Below, in pieces: positions 63,746 through 64,000 of a DNA stretch of 64,000 nucleotides. The first letter of the stretch is position 1. The number at the start of each line of letters is the position of its first letter. The position numbers and the translations under genes are program-made. Origin of the DNA: Octopus sinensis (taxonomy: Eukaryota). The notes below the pieces were generated by a model, which did not search any database, was not told the DNA's origin, and saw nothing but the letters and a program-made list of their open reading frames with translations. Where the stretch lies: the NCBI RefSeq assembly GCF_006345805.1, contig NC_043011.1:55440464-55504463 (forward strand). The letters run 5' to 3'.

Positions 63746-64000
63746 ATAAAGCTGCGGCCCAACGTTTGAGAACCAATTTTTAAAAAATGCTTTTGTCAAA
63801 CGTAATTTGTGAATTCTAGTTGTAAAGACGAATATCAATAATGCAGAACCCAATCATCACAGATTCTATTCCAATCGGTTGTTAAACATTATTCTGGGCT
63901 CCATCGTTCCATATTAATGCCCTTCTCTTCTATTTTCCCGTTTTATATGATAAAAAAAATATAAAGATAAATATTTAAATACTTACAAAACCGAAGATCA

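Overview
AT-rich, repeat-dense eukaryotic DNA. The SINE/LINE families and (AT)n/(GT)n microsatellites look like coleoid cephalopod (octopus-type) sequence; this is inferred from repeat content. I can support three host coding units. (1) A terminal exon at 3532-3901 (+) encoding an RGG/Tyr-rich tail ending DRYNPYQRN; the ORF track misses this frame, and it resembles the C-terminal half of the cap-methyltransferase activator RAM/RAMAC. (2) A solitary, intronless replication-dependent histone H3 at 33722-34132 with CCAAT/TATA promoter, 3' stem-loop and downstream element. (3) A two-exon minus-strand gene (42535-42598 joined to 38437-38807) encoding a 144-aa protein: signal peptide, 16-Cys ectodomain (knottin/ICK, 4-Cys module, knottin/ICK) and a GPI-like hydrophobic tail. 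Its intron holds a sense-strand type I hammerhead ribozyme with an intact catalytic core (41495-41562); two more degenerate hammerhead-like motifs lie near 27.0 kb and 9.3 kb. The rest is transposon debris: RTE, CR1, L1/Tx1 and RLE-type LINE fragments; three SINE families; mariner, Tc1, maT and Tigger fragments; piggyBac, Merlin-like and Kolobok-like MITEs; non-autonomous Helitrons; foldback palindromes; and a near-identical 3.67-kb tandem duplication (51401-58756). Repeat boundaries are read by eye and approximate.
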